Shown here: positions 27,788 to 37,788 of the stretch, in pieces | Numbering within the stretch: position 1 is the stretch's first letter | Layout: each line of letters begins with the position of its first letter | From: Candidatus Poribacteria bacterium | Lineage (GTDB): Bacteria; Poribacteria; WGA-4E; PCPOR2b | Reading direction: 5' to 3' | Length of the DNA stretch: 64,000 bases | NCBI GenBank assembly: GCA_965208675.1 | Contig: OZ242351.1 | Location: forward strand, 3,872,001-3,936,000 | Translations under genes and position numbers: made by a program | The notes under the pieces: model-generated | Database searches by the model: none | What the model was told of the DNA's origin: nothing | The model's input: the letters and a program-made list of their open reading frames with translations, nothing else

Positions 27788-29155
27788 ATGTCAATCATCC
27801 GGTACGCCAAAAACACCTTCTCAAAATCGGCGTGGTGTGCATATAACGCCTACCGCCAAGGCGCGCATTTCCGGCGAAAACTCACCGAAACAGAAAGGCG
27901 GTTGAACGGCAGCCGCGAGGAAATCCTTCAATTTCAGTGGAAGCGCGTGATTAGGATGCTCAAGCACGCGTATGAAACGACGACGTATTACCGCGAGCTA
28001 TTTGACTCGCTGAGAATCAGGCCTGAAGCCATTCAACGTCCATCAGATTACTTACAGATTCCGACGCTGGAGAAATCAACAGTTCGGGTGCGGTTAGGCG
28101 AGCTTGTCTCCAACACATACCCAAAAAGTCAGCTAAAGCGGAACGCCACAGGCGGATCATCGGGCACTCCGCTAGTCTTCTATCAGGACAACGGATATTG
28201 GAACAGGCGTAATCTGAGCGTATACTACTTTGACCGGTGGGCAGGTTGGGATTTCGGAGAGCGGCAACTGATTATTTGGGGGTTTCCGGCGAATCACTCA
28301 AAAGCGGGCAGGGCGAAAGAACAACTGAACAGCTACTGGAGAAATCACTGGCGGTTCAATGGGTTTAACACGTCCGAAGCGAAGATGGTGAATCTCTCCA
28401 AGGAGATGGAGCGGTGGCGTCCTCAAACAATTCTCGCCTACGCGTCGTCGCTCTATCAATTAGCGCAATGCCTTCATTGTAACGGTCTCATACCCGACTG
28501 GGGGATTAAAGGCATCATCTCCTCCGCGGAGATGTTGTACCCGCACTACCGTGAACTCGCCGAACAGGTTTTCCAAACGCCGGTTCATAACCGCTACGGG
28601 AGCCGGGAAACTGGCCTCATCGCTATGGAGTGCAGCGCTGGGCGGATGCATATCAACTGTAATGACATTTACCTAGAAATCGATAGCGATGAACCGTATA
28701 CGAAACCCGGCGAAATCATCATCACCCACCTGAACAATTTCGGCATGCCGTTTGTACGCTACCGAATTGGCGATGTCGGTGTACTTTCCAACGAGGTTTG
28801 CCCGTGTGGAAATCGCACCCCAATTTTGGGGGATTTATTGGGGCGGACGACGGCAACCTTCCGCAGCAAAGACGGGCGGTGGATACACGGCGGGTACTTT
28901 ACCCGACAGTTTTATGGAATAAAGACGGTCAGTCAGTTTCAATTGATCCAAGAGAGTTACGATTTGTGCAAGCTGAAACTTGTCGTAGACGACGCATTTA
29001 CGGATGACACGCTCGGATGGATCGTTCGCAAAATCAAAGACGCGCTTGGAGCGGATGTGCACATCGAAACCGATTTTGTCGAGAGTATCCCTAAACCGCC
29101 ATCCGGGAAAATGGCGTATACCATATCCAAGGTGACGGGTGACGAGCGCCGATGA
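27788..29155 (+). CDS. phenylacetate-CoA ligase / CapK-like adenylate-forming enzyme
   Basis: ATGGSSGTPL, YGSRETG, MPFVRYRIGD, CPCG...GR. Confidence 0.85.
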   Translation: MSIIRYAKNTFSKSAWCAYNAYRQGAHFRRKLTETERRLNGSREEILQFQWKRVIRMLKHAYETTTYYRELFDSLRIRPEAIQRPSDYLQIPTLEKSTVRVRLGELVSNTYPKSQLKRNATGGSSGTPLVFYQDNGYWNRRNLSVYYFDRWAGWDFGERQLIIWGFPANHSKAGRAKEQLNSYWRNHWRFNGFNTSEAKMVNLSKEMERWRPQTILAYASSLYQLAQCLHCNGLIPDWGIKGIISSAEMLYPHYRELAEQVFQTPVHNRYGSRETGLIAMECSAGRMHINCNDIYLEIDSDEPYTKPGEIIITHLNNFGMPFVRYRIGDVGVLSNEVCPCGNRTPILGDLLGRTTATFRSKDGRWIHGGYFTRQFYGIKTVSQFQLIQESYDLCKLKLVVDDAFTDDTLGWIVRKIKDALGADVHIETDFVESIPKPPSGKMAYTISKVTGDERR

Positions 29156-29251
29156 TTGCCGTTTATCACGCTCGCCAATAAGATCAGGCATTTGATGCAA
29201 TCCGCGGAACGCCTCGTATCGTTATTCTCTGCCCGGTGACGCTAACGCATA

Positions 29252-29370
29252 CTATAGTCATTGCAATAAAAATTATACATTTACTCATTGGATTGTGGGA
29301 GAGGCTTCCTAGCCTCGATTATCAATCAGCCAATCCCGCCTTGTGTAAAAATGAACCTGAATGACTATAG
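29252..29370. mobile_element. MITE-like element
   Basis: Terminal IR CTATAGTCATT...AATGACTATAG with an internal REP-like half site; lies between convergent genes. Confidence 0.6.
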
Positions 29371-29407
29371 CGTTCGGTCAGATGGCGATGCGTAGAGCCG
29401 AAGCATC

Positions 29408-30181
29408 TTATTTCGTATTCGGTAGTAATTCAGTATTGCCCTGTTTTTTGACCGATTGGTTTGGGTGAGGGGACGGTTTTTGTCCGACAAAATACACCGC
29501 TGACGCCAGAATATGCGAATGTTTATTGTGCATCAATAGATAGTCCAACCACACCAACGGGAACGTCAACCAGCCCACAATCAGGGAAATCAGTTTCGCC
29601 GCCAACAGATTGCCAAAGGATAAGGCGAGGCCCACATATTCTCTAAAAATCCAGTGCAGCGACGCGGTTGGTCCCGCACAGTCGCCACCTTCAATCTTCG
29701 TGAATGCCCGAAACAGATAGTCAAAACCGGGAACAGTAAATCGCTGGTAATCGTGCGGCGAAGCGTGAAATGCTTGCAAAAACGGTACGCCGGCGCACAC
29801 ATAGCCGCCGTCTTTGAGCGTCCGATGGATTTCGGCGGCAACCTGTATGGGCTCCCGAACATGCTCTAGTACCGCTTCGGTGATTACCGCGTCGAAGACC
29901 TGATTCTTGAACGGCAAGAAATGTCCGTCTGCCAAAATATCAACATGAGGGGTTGCTTCGATTTCAAGATTGATTACGTTGGGCGCACGCCGATCCATTC
30001 CCGAACCGAGATCGAGGATTTTTGCCTCGGGTCCGACCAGGCGGATAATCCGTTTCACGGCTTTTTCCCAACGCGGCGCGGGATACGGACATCCCATGAA
30101 AAGCGATAGAAGGCGGGATTGACGTAACCGGCGTTTGATTTGGGCGATGCGGTCTGATGGAGGGGGTTTTTGGGGCGACAT
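29408..30181 (-). CDS. class I SAM-dependent methyltransferase
   Basis: ILDLGSG, ADGHFLPF...FDAV...AVLEHV, PHDYQRFT. Confidence 0.88.
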   Translation of the reverse strand: MSPQKPPPSDRIAQIKRRLRQSRLLSLFMGCPYPAPRWEKAVKRIIRLVGPEAKILDLGSGMDRRAPNVINLEIEATPHVDILADGHFLPFKNQVFDAVITEAVLEHVREPIQVAAEIHRTLKDGGYVCAGVPFLQAFHASPHDYQRFTVPGFDYLFRAFTKIEGGDCAGPTASLHWIFREYVGLALSFGNLLAAKLISLIVGWLTFPLVWLDYLLMHNKHSHILASAVYFVGQKPSPHPNQSVKKQGNTELLPNTK

Positions 30182-30441
30182 AAAAGACTAGGATTGCCAG
30201 CAGAGCGATGCGTGCGGTATTCTGAGAATTCCGATTTAGTATATTACACCTTCCTAGCCCTGTCAAGCCGATCCCTGACAAGTGGTGCGTTATGGACGTG
30301 CGCCGAATTCCACAGGATTGACTTTTTAACGATAAATCAGGTATAATTATCGTCGCCGCGGCATGATTCGTTATGTAACCGGGCGTCTTCAAATGAGGGA
30401 GATTCAGGATTAACACGTCATAAAACTGGGAGGGAAATACA

Positions 30442-31095
30442 ATGAAAATAGTTTGGACTTTAACAGTAGTAACACTTCTGATTACGGTTGCGGGTGCGTT
30501 TGCGATACAATCAACAACCGTGCGGGGCGATTACCTGGAAGCGCGTTCCGTTAGTGTCTATGTGGGCGCGTGTCACGCACAGTCCGAGCTGGTCGAAGGC
30601 GGGAGAGAGGCAACGCTCGTTTGGAACATTCACCAAGGGGAGTGGAACGGTGTCTCACTCGATAATTTAACCGTTGTCACGGTTGTAACTGCAAAGAAAA
30701 ACCTCGAAATGGATTCCGAGAGCCGACGAAGTGTACTATATCTCGACACGGAGACCACGATAGAACAACGCGCCGCGTTGGTTAATCTGATAACCACCAA
30801 ACGCAGTGCGGTTGTAGGAGAAATCGCCAGCACGAAAATTGAACCCATCGAGTTCACCAAACAGGATATGGAATATGAACTTCGAGTTGGCGAAGTGTTG
30901 TCCCTATCCGCGTTGCGCAATCCTTGCGAATATTGCACCCAGCCGCATGAGGTCTGGTACAAGCCCCTGGAAACAATTGACGCCGCCGTTGTCGGGAAAT
31001 CCAATATCTACCGGTATAAGGACACAGTTCTGGCTGTAACGTGGAATCGCAGCGAACCGTCGAACAACATTTTCGTCGGGAGATTCGTTATGTAA
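30442..31095 (+). CDS. secreted DUF1326-like protein
   Basis: Signal peptide; GDYLEARS.SVY.GAC..SE...GREA...W.I..G.W.GV.L. Confidence 0.65.
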   Translation: MKIVWTLTVVTLLITVAGAFAIQSTTVRGDYLEARSVSVYVGACHAQSELVEGGREATLVWNIHQGEWNGVSLDNLTVVTVVTAKKNLEMDSESRRSVLYLDTETTIEQRAALVNLITTKRSAVVGEIASTKIEPIEFTKQDMEYELRVGEVLSLSALRNPCEYCTQPHEVWYKPLETIDAAVVGKSNIYRYKDTVLAVTWNRSEPSNNIFVGRFVM

Positions 31096-31176
31096 ACTGT
31101 GCCTCCGCCACCATGGAAAAACTTTGTGGGTAAGTTCAACTGGGAGTACCGACGTTCAAGAGGAGAATAGATTGTT

Positions 31177-32337
31177 ATGAGTTCTTGGAGACGCAAATTA
31201 CGAATGGGTATGATAGGCGGGGGCCAGGGCGCCTTTATCGGTGGGGTGCACCGTATCGCAGCCGCGCTCGATCAACAGATCGAACTTGTCGCCGGCTGTT
31301 TCTCACGGGATACTGAAAACACCCGGATTACCGGCGAACAACTTCACCTCTCCGCGGCGCGTTGCTATGCGACCTATGAAGACATGGCGGCGGCTGAAGC
31401 CAATCTTCCCGAAGATGAGCGAATTGACTTCGTCAGCATCGTGACGCCCAATGTCTCTCACTTCCCTATCGCAAAGACATTCCTAGATGCGGGGTTTCAC
31501 ATCATCTGCGATAAGCCGATGACCTACACGCTCGATGAAGCGAAGTCGCTCGCCGATTTTGTGGAGAAGTCGGGACTTGTCTTTGCGGTCACTTACAACT
31601 ATACGGGCCACCCGCTGATAAGACACGCCCGCCATCTATTCCGTTCCGGCGGAATGGGCGTAGTCCGCAAGGTTGTTGTCGAATACTTCCAAGATTTTCT
31701 CATGGTACCGCACGAGAAACTTGGCCAGAAACAGGCTGCCTGGCGGGTTGACCCTGCACAGTCCGGTATCGGCGGCACTATGGGTGATATTGGCACGCAC
31801 TCTGTGAATTTGGTTGAATATGTTACCGGCGATTCGATAACTGCACTGTGTGCCGACAAAAGCACGTTTCTTCCAGATCGGACGCTTGATGAAGATGTAA
31901 ACGCGCTGCTCCGTTTCAAAGGCGGGGGAAAGGGCGTATTGACTGTTAGCCAAGTCGCTACCGGGGAAGAGAATGGGCTGATTCTTCGCGTCTATGCATC
32001 CGAGGGCGCTGTCAAGTGGGCTCATGAGAATCCGAATTATCTTGAACTCTATCGTTACGGTGAACCGAGACAGACGCTGGGGCGCGGCCAAGGCTATCTT
32101 TCTGAATCCGCAGCCGCGTGCACGCGCATCCCGCCCGGGCACCCGGAAGGATATCTGGAAGGATTCGCTACAATTTACGTTGGCGTTGTTGAGGCAATCC
32201 AACGGTACATTGATGGCAATCCCATGAAGACTGAAGAGTATAATTTCCCGACCGTTTATGACGGTTTACGCGGCATGGAGTTTATCTATAAGACCGTGGA
32301 GTCTTGCAACAACGGCTCGACTTGGGTGAACCTGTAA
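31177..32337 (+). CDS. Gfo/Idh/MocA family oxidoreductase
   Basis: GMIGGGQGAFIGGVHR, ICDKP, GDIGTH, PPGHPEGYLEGFA. Confidence 0.92.
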   Translation: MSSWRRKLRMGMIGGGQGAFIGGVHRIAAALDQQIELVAGCFSRDTENTRITGEQLHLSAARCYATYEDMAAAEANLPEDERIDFVSIVTPNVSHFPIAKTFLDAGFHIICDKPMTYTLDEAKSLADFVEKSGLVFAVTYNYTGHPLIRHARHLFRSGGMGVVRKVVVEYFQDFLMVPHEKLGQKQAAWRVDPAQSGIGGTMGDIGTHSVNLVEYVTGDSITALCADKSTFLPDRTLDEDVNALLRFKGGGKGVLTVSQVATGEENGLILRVYASEGAVKWAHENPNYLELYRYGEPRQTLGRGQGYLSESAAACTRIPPGHPEGYLEGFATIYVGVVEAIQRYIDGNPMKTEEYNFPTVYDGLRGMEFIYKTVESCNNGSTWVNL

Positions 32338-32401
32338 ACGCCGGTAATTATTTACAAAAGCGCGGTGCAAGGAACAACGGGGTAACAACACGAAACTGGA
32401 A

Positions 32402-33244
32402 TTGTTGGACATGAATGATAATGCAATTTCTCAACATAGCCTTGATGGATTGGTCGCGGTAGTTACCGGCGCTGCGCAAGGGTTGGGGTTGAAAATCGCC
32501 AACCAGCTCGCGCGCCACGGCGCGGCGGTGATTATGGCGGACCTGCAATTAGAAAAGGCGCGAGCAACTGCAGGCGAGTTGCGAGAGATTGGCTTAACTG
32601 TACAGGCAGCATATCTGGACATTACTGACAGCAGCGGTGTGACCACTTTCTTTGAGCAAACGGCTGGCGAATACGGGCGACTGGACATTTTGGTCAATAA
32701 TGCCGGTATTGGCCAGAATGTGACTCCCATTGTCGAACTGGGCGATGAGGAGTGGGAACGGGTGTTGACCGTCACCTTAACTGGTACCTTTTACTGCTGC
32801 CGCGCGGCAGGCGCAATCATGGAGCGTCAGGAGTCGGGGAGTATTGTCAATATCGCGTCAGTCAACGGTCAAAATCCAGCCGCGCTAGTTGGGGCGTATA
32901 ACGCGGCAAAGGCAGGCGTGATTAGTTTGACGCGTACACTGGCTCTGGAGCTAGCAGCTTACGGCGTACGTGTGAACTCGGTGAGTCCGGGGCCCGTATA
33001 CACCGAGTTTAACCGAAAGGGTATGGCGCAGCGCTGCCAAACCTTGAACATCACCGAAGATGAGATGATTGAACGCGTACGCAACGCCATTCCGTTAGGG
33101 AGGTGGGGCGAACCGGTTGACATTGCACAAGGCGTCGTGTTCCTTTGTAGTCCGGCAGCTTCGTGGATTACAGGTGAGGTTTTGAGGGTTGGCGGGGGAT
33201 TGGAAGGTGTGTCAGCTACACCGCCGAAGCGCCCTAAACATTGA
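32402..33244 (+). CDS. short-chain dehydrogenase/reductase
   Basis: TGAAQGLG, LVNNAG, YNAAK. Confidence 0.92.
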   Translation: MLDMNDNAISQHSLDGLVAVVTGAAQGLGLKIANQLARHGAAVIMADLQLEKARATAGELREIGLTVQAAYLDITDSSGVTTFFEQTAGEYGRLDILVNNAGIGQNVTPIVELGDEEWERVLTVTLTGTFYCCRAAGAIMERQESGSIVNIASVNGQNPAALVGAYNAAKAGVISLTRTLALELAAYGVRVNSVSPGPVYTEFNRKGMAQRCQTLNITEDEMIERVRNAIPLGRWGEPVDIAQGVVFLCSPAASWITGEVLRVGGGLEGVSATPPKRPKH

Positions 33245-33371
33245 GCCGTTCATTGCATTATTGATGCAAAAGGGCTTCAATCCGCCGAAAAATGCTAGTT
33301 CTCAATCTATACCGGTTTGGGATTGAATTGCCCTAACTCAATGCCCTAATGTTCAAGGGCGATGTATGAAT

Positions 33372-35252
33372 TTATTGTATATGTAGTATAACGAGAGTGT
33401 TATCCGCAGCATTAACTGGGTTGTTATTGTTAAGCGACATTGGCAAATACGACCTTTCCAACCAACCGAGCAGAATAGTCCCCTCCTCTTGCACGAGATA
33501 GCGCAGTAAGCCCTCGCCCGCAAGAATTCTCGCAAATTCTTCCCGCCGCGTTCCAATCAACTCTTGAGGGAATGTCCACTTCTCCGAATTTTCCTTTATT
33601 TCGATAGGCGTATTTGGCAGAACTGATCCAAGGTAAGTGTATCTGCCTTTATCAATAAGCCACGCGTTTTGAAGCACATCAGGCAAATTTTGCTGAACGT
33701 AACTAGGGTTTAGCTGGACGCGGGAAGAAGGGACATTTACGAACGACTCTGCAAGATAAGTCTGTGTCATCCACGCATCTACAGTTGTGTCGTGTAGTTG
33801 AAAACCTTCTCTAGCCTCAATTAGTTGTAATGGAGGCGCAGCGGTTGGCGTTAGGGGCCTTATCAAAGTCTCCACTCCAAACATTATTGGCGTTTTTAAA
33901 TTGGTAGAGGCGATCATGCCGATGTAGCTTTGCAAGTGTGCACGTTCCCTTTCGGCATAAACGGATAATATCGAAAAGCTATTTAGGGATACCCAGCCGG
34001 GCGCGGCGTTGCGCGGGAAAATTACGGCGCACGAGAAAAACACCGGCAGCACTAAACCGCCAATCCAATACAACTTTGGTTTATTTTGACGGCGTCCCGT
34101 AAACCATAATAATCCGCCGAGACTCATCAGATAAACAGTTAAGAATCCAGCTAACAAAAGGATTAAAGGTGAGCGCGTCGAAGGACGGTTTATGAGTAAA
34201 GCCTGGATTTTTTGGTTGTGCCTGCGATACGTGCCATAGCGCGCTTCCTCACTGTGGCGCGGGGATCTGCCCGCTTCCCTGAATAGCCATTCCCAATAAT
34301 TTTCCGCGCCGGGCGAATCAGAAAAAGGGGGCGCCGTGTAATCAAAAGCGAGGCTTATGACGCTCCCGCTGCCCAAATGTTTTTTTGCAACATAAATTTG
34401 CTGTTCGTTCCCGATAAGGACATTTCCGCCGGATCGAGGTTTGAAATCAATGAGATCGAAAGCGGAATTCTTTGACGTGAAACCGAATTTCCGCATTGAT
34501 TCAGGAAGTTTTTTCCTCGTTTGGAGTGTAGCAAGCTTTACAGGCATGAATGGTTCAATAAATCCTCCTCGGAGTGCATGGAAATTACTCCCGCCCGCTG
34601 TAAGTAGCGTGCCTCCCCGCTGAATCCAATCGAGTATGGCGGTCTGTTGAGGCGCAGAAATATTGCGTTCGGATAACGTAATGCCGCGAAGAATGAAGAG
34701 ATCAACAGAATCGTACCCTTTCCAATGTGTCGGCAGATACTTTGGGTTGCCAACATAGGCGACGAAAATATTCCCTTCCACCATATCAGCAATCTGATTT
34801 CCATCCCAGCGGCTCAACAAATCGCGGCTCGGCGTCAGTGCAAGCGCTATGAGGTCTGTCGTTTGGTTTGGAGGCGCAGTGGAGATTTCTTGGGATGTTC
34901 TAATGCGTCCGTTCTGGTCAATCAATTTTAGTATTAGATTGGTGGAAATTCCGGGCAGGAAGATGTAGAGTCTTTTAAGTTGACGATCGGTTCGAGTTAG
35001 GCTAAGCGGCGTGGAATACGATTGAATCAACTTCCCCGAAACGGCGTTGTGGATATCGGCAGAGATTTCACCGCTAAAGGCTTCGTTTTGACTCGTGACA
35101 GTTACTTGCAGCGGCGACCATCGATCCCGCTTGTGGGTACCGTTTAACCCGAGTTCGACGGATTCAATTTCAATTGCGGCGCAGGCTGCAGAAACGGACA
35201 CAATGAGGAGAAATGGAATCAGGTATAAGCGAGAAAGATATAGAATGGACAC
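33372..35252 (-). CDS. exported membrane protein with a GATase-like domain (hypothetical)
   Basis: Signal peptide; LPTHWKGYDSVD...AILDWIQRGGTLL..GG; two internal TM helices. Confidence 0.6.
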   Translation of the reverse strand: MSILYLSRLYLIPFLLIVSVSAACAAIEIESVELGLNGTHKRDRWSPLQVTVTSQNEAFSGEISADIHNAVSGKLIQSYSTPLSLTRTDRQLKRLYIFLPGISTNLILKLIDQNGRIRTSQEISTAPPNQTTDLIALALTPSRDLLSRWDGNQIADMVEGNIFVAYVGNPKYLPTHWKGYDSVDLFILRGITLSERNISAPQQTAILDWIQRGGTLLTAGGSNFHALRGGFIEPFMPVKLATLQTRKKLPESMRKFGFTSKNSAFDLIDFKPRSGGNVLIGNEQQIYVAKKHLGSGSVISLAFDYTAPPFSDSPGAENYWEWLFREAGRSPRHSEEARYGTYRRHNQKIQALLINRPSTRSPLILLLAGFLTVYLMSLGGLLWFTGRRQNKPKLYWIGGLVLPVFFSCAVIFPRNAAPGWVSLNSFSILSVYAERERAHLQSYIGMIASTNLKTPIMFGVETLIRPLTPTAAPPLQLIEAREGFQLHDTTVDAWMTQTYLAESFVNVPSSRVQLNPSYVQQNLPDVLQNAWLIDKGRYTYLGSVLPNTPIEIKENSEKWTFPQELIGTRREEFARILAGEGLLRYLVQEEGTILLGWLERSYLPMSLNNNNPVNAADNTLVILHIQ

Positions 35253-35934
35253 CAGCAGTTTTTCTTTCTATTGACATGTGGGGAATTTGCTACACGTCGA
35301 TTAGTGTGCCTCTTGAGCTGATTGCCGCCGGTTGAATGGCAAGATTTACATCATCGAATATCTTATCATAGATATCCCTGTATTTCATCCGAATTGTGGG
35401 TGCGTTCAATGGAATCCCGTTGCAATTCAAGTAAGCGCAGGGGTATTAAAATCCGCGGATGGTCCGAGACATCGGCCGCGCCGTCTTCTGTCCAATTTAT
35501 CTGGCCGCCCCAATGCGCAATTACAGCGATCAACCACTGCTCTGGATTGGGTTTATCTCATAATTGATCCTTGCACAACAAGGCAGTATGTGATATTATT
35601 TTGCGGATCTTTTTTAAGAGGAAGGGGCTTTCGACGAAACACATTGTTTGTTTTGGAGAAGCTGTGGTAAGTGTTGCAGAATTACAACACATATGGTGTC
35701 GAAAGAATCTCAGCGGCGAATACGTTCCAAATCCCAATCGCAGCTATAACTTGGCGAAGGTAGAAACGCAGAAACGGTGTACACATCAAGTCTCTTCTCA
35801 ATTGTTCACCTTCGTTTCCCACGGAATATATTTGAATCTGGAATGTCCTTTAGCCGATGGCATGAAGCTTGCGTCAGCACGGAGTTATAACAATTAATGT
35901 CGTAAAACTCAATTCGCTTAAAGGAGAATAACCT

Positions 35935-36753
35935 ATGTTGACGCAAGCACACCGAATCTTGATACCAGTTTTTCTGTTGTCTACGTTTCTGATGAATATC
36001 GGATGCGGATCTTCAGACGATTCTATTGAGCCAGATACCGAACCCCCCGCTATTCCACGAGGTGTGGAAAGTACTACTGGGAATGGCAAGGTGGAAATTG
36101 AATGGTTCCCCAACGGTGAAATCGATCTCGCCGAGTATAAAGTGTGGCGGAGCCGCGATAATGAGACTTTCAACTTGCTGGATAGGGTTTCAGCAGATGA
36201 ATTTCGATACGTCGATTGGGATGTTCAAAACGGTGTCACCTATTTCTACGCTGTTTCTGCCTTGGATTTCGAAGGCAATGAAAGCGAGTTAAGCCCAGAA
36301 AATATCTCTGATACACCGCGTCCATCGGGTAAAAATGTCACATTAAATGATTTTACACTACATCCAAATCGGAGCGGTTTTGATTTTTCTCAACCTGAGA
36401 ATGGCGCGATTCCGTGGGATTTGCCCATGACGGATGTCTATTTCGGACCGACTGAAGTCTATTCCGAATTTGACGTCTCGTTCACTGTGCCCTATCTCTA
36501 TTCTGATAATTTTACTGAGATGCAAGACATGGGTTACCACGAAAGATCCGACGAAGTTAATGTCTCACCGTTTTTAGGCTTCACAACCGAATTTGTCGAG
36601 TTGATTGAAGGTCACGTTTATGTCTTTTATACGCCCGACGGAAACTACGCTAAGATTCATGTTGTCGCAATTTCAGATAATTCGGTAACTTTTGATTGGG
36701 CATACCAGATTGATCCGGATAACCCGGAACTTGCCCCGCCTTTATATCATTAA
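35935..36753 (+). CDS. lipoprotein with an FN3 domain
   Basis: Lipobox NIGC; PPAIP.G...W...DL..Y.V.R...Y.D..VQNG.TY.YAVSA.D..GNES. Confidence 0.75.
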   Translation: MLTQAHRILIPVFLLSTFLMNIGCGSSDDSIEPDTEPPAIPRGVESTTGNGKVEIEWFPNGEIDLAEYKVWRSRDNETFNLLDRVSADEFRYVDWDVQNGVTYFYAVSALDFEGNESELSPENISDTPRPSGKNVTLNDFTLHPNRSGFDFSQPENGAIPWDLPMTDVYFGPTEVYSEFDVSFTVPYLYSDNFTEMQDMGYHERSDEVNVSPFLGFTTEFVELIEGHVYVFYTPDGNYAKIHVVAISDNSVTFDWAYQIDPDNPELAPPLYH

Positions 36754-36972
36754 CTGATAATGGCTAAACTTGCGAGAATTCGGACAGATCTACGGCACAA
36801 TAGAACAGAGTGAATGACCGCAAAGAAAACGTGTGGATTATGTCGTACGCGTTGACATCTTTGGAATAACTACGCAGAACAACAGACGAAGAATTCCAGC
36901 GCAGGGGCAACAAAACTATATTGAGGGATCGATTCCCCGCCTTTGGAACATCCTGCCTTTTAGGAGATTTAG

Positions 36973-37737
36973 TTGATGCACCGAGTGAAAAACCTAATTT
37001 CTGTGTGGGTTTTTATGTGTCTGAATCTGTCCCTGATGGCCTTGCCCACCCATTCGTTGATTAATGCCGCAAAACTTGACCACTGTCCATTCACAGTTGG
37101 CGAGATTCTCACCTACAATGTCAAAATTGCGGGATTGACCGCTGGAAAACAGGTGACCCAAGTTACAGATAAAACAGTGTTGAATGGGCGCCAAGTTTAC
37201 CGACTCGTTTCAGAATCTCAGACGGATAGTGTATTTGGAAAACTGTATCACTTTCGGGATCGGCAGGAGAGCTACGTTACAACCGATCAACTACACCCGC
37301 TGCGGCATGTGAAAGACCTTGAGGACCGAAAATACCGAGCACGTGTCGAAATTGATTTTGACATTGAGAGAGGGGTTGCCCAGTATACCAAAAATGAAAA
37401 TGGTAAAGTTTTAGAAGTGCCTATTGGTGTACAGGATGAATTATCAATGGTTTACTTCCTGAGATCAAAGGAGTTAATCGTTGGTCAGACCTACGATATT
37501 CCGGTACTGGTTAAGGATAAAACCCAGGATGTCACAGTCAATGTCTATCGGCGCGAAATGATGAAGACGGAAGCGCTGGGGCGTGTAGAGACGTTAGCGA
37601 TACGTACCTCACACGGCTATTTGATATGGCTCACGAATGACGATCGCCGTATTCCCGTTCGGATCGAAGCAGCAACTCGAATTGGTAAGCTAATTGGTAC
37701 GATTGAAAAGATTGATTCAAGCAAAAACATGAAGTAA
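36973..37737 (+). CDS. DUF3108-family outer-membrane-associated protein
   Basis: PF.VGE.LTY.V, DELSM.Y.LR, IWLTNDDRRIPVRIEA. Confidence 0.75.
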   Translation: MMHRVKNLISVWVFMCLNLSLMALPTHSLINAAKLDHCPFTVGEILTYNVKIAGLTAGKQVTQVTDKTVLNGRQVYRLVSESQTDSVFGKLYHFRDRQESYVTTDQLHPLRHVKDLEDRKYRARVEIDFDIERGVAQYTKNENGKVLEVPIGVQDELSMVYFLRSKELIVGQTYDIPVLVKDKTQDVTVNVYRREMMKTEALGRVETLAIRTSHGYLIWLTNDDRRIPVRIEAATRIGKLIGTIEKIDSSKNMK

Positions 37738-37788
37738 TTCGCATTCGCCACTCTTGATCTGGTGGATTCCTGAGATTCGTAATACATT

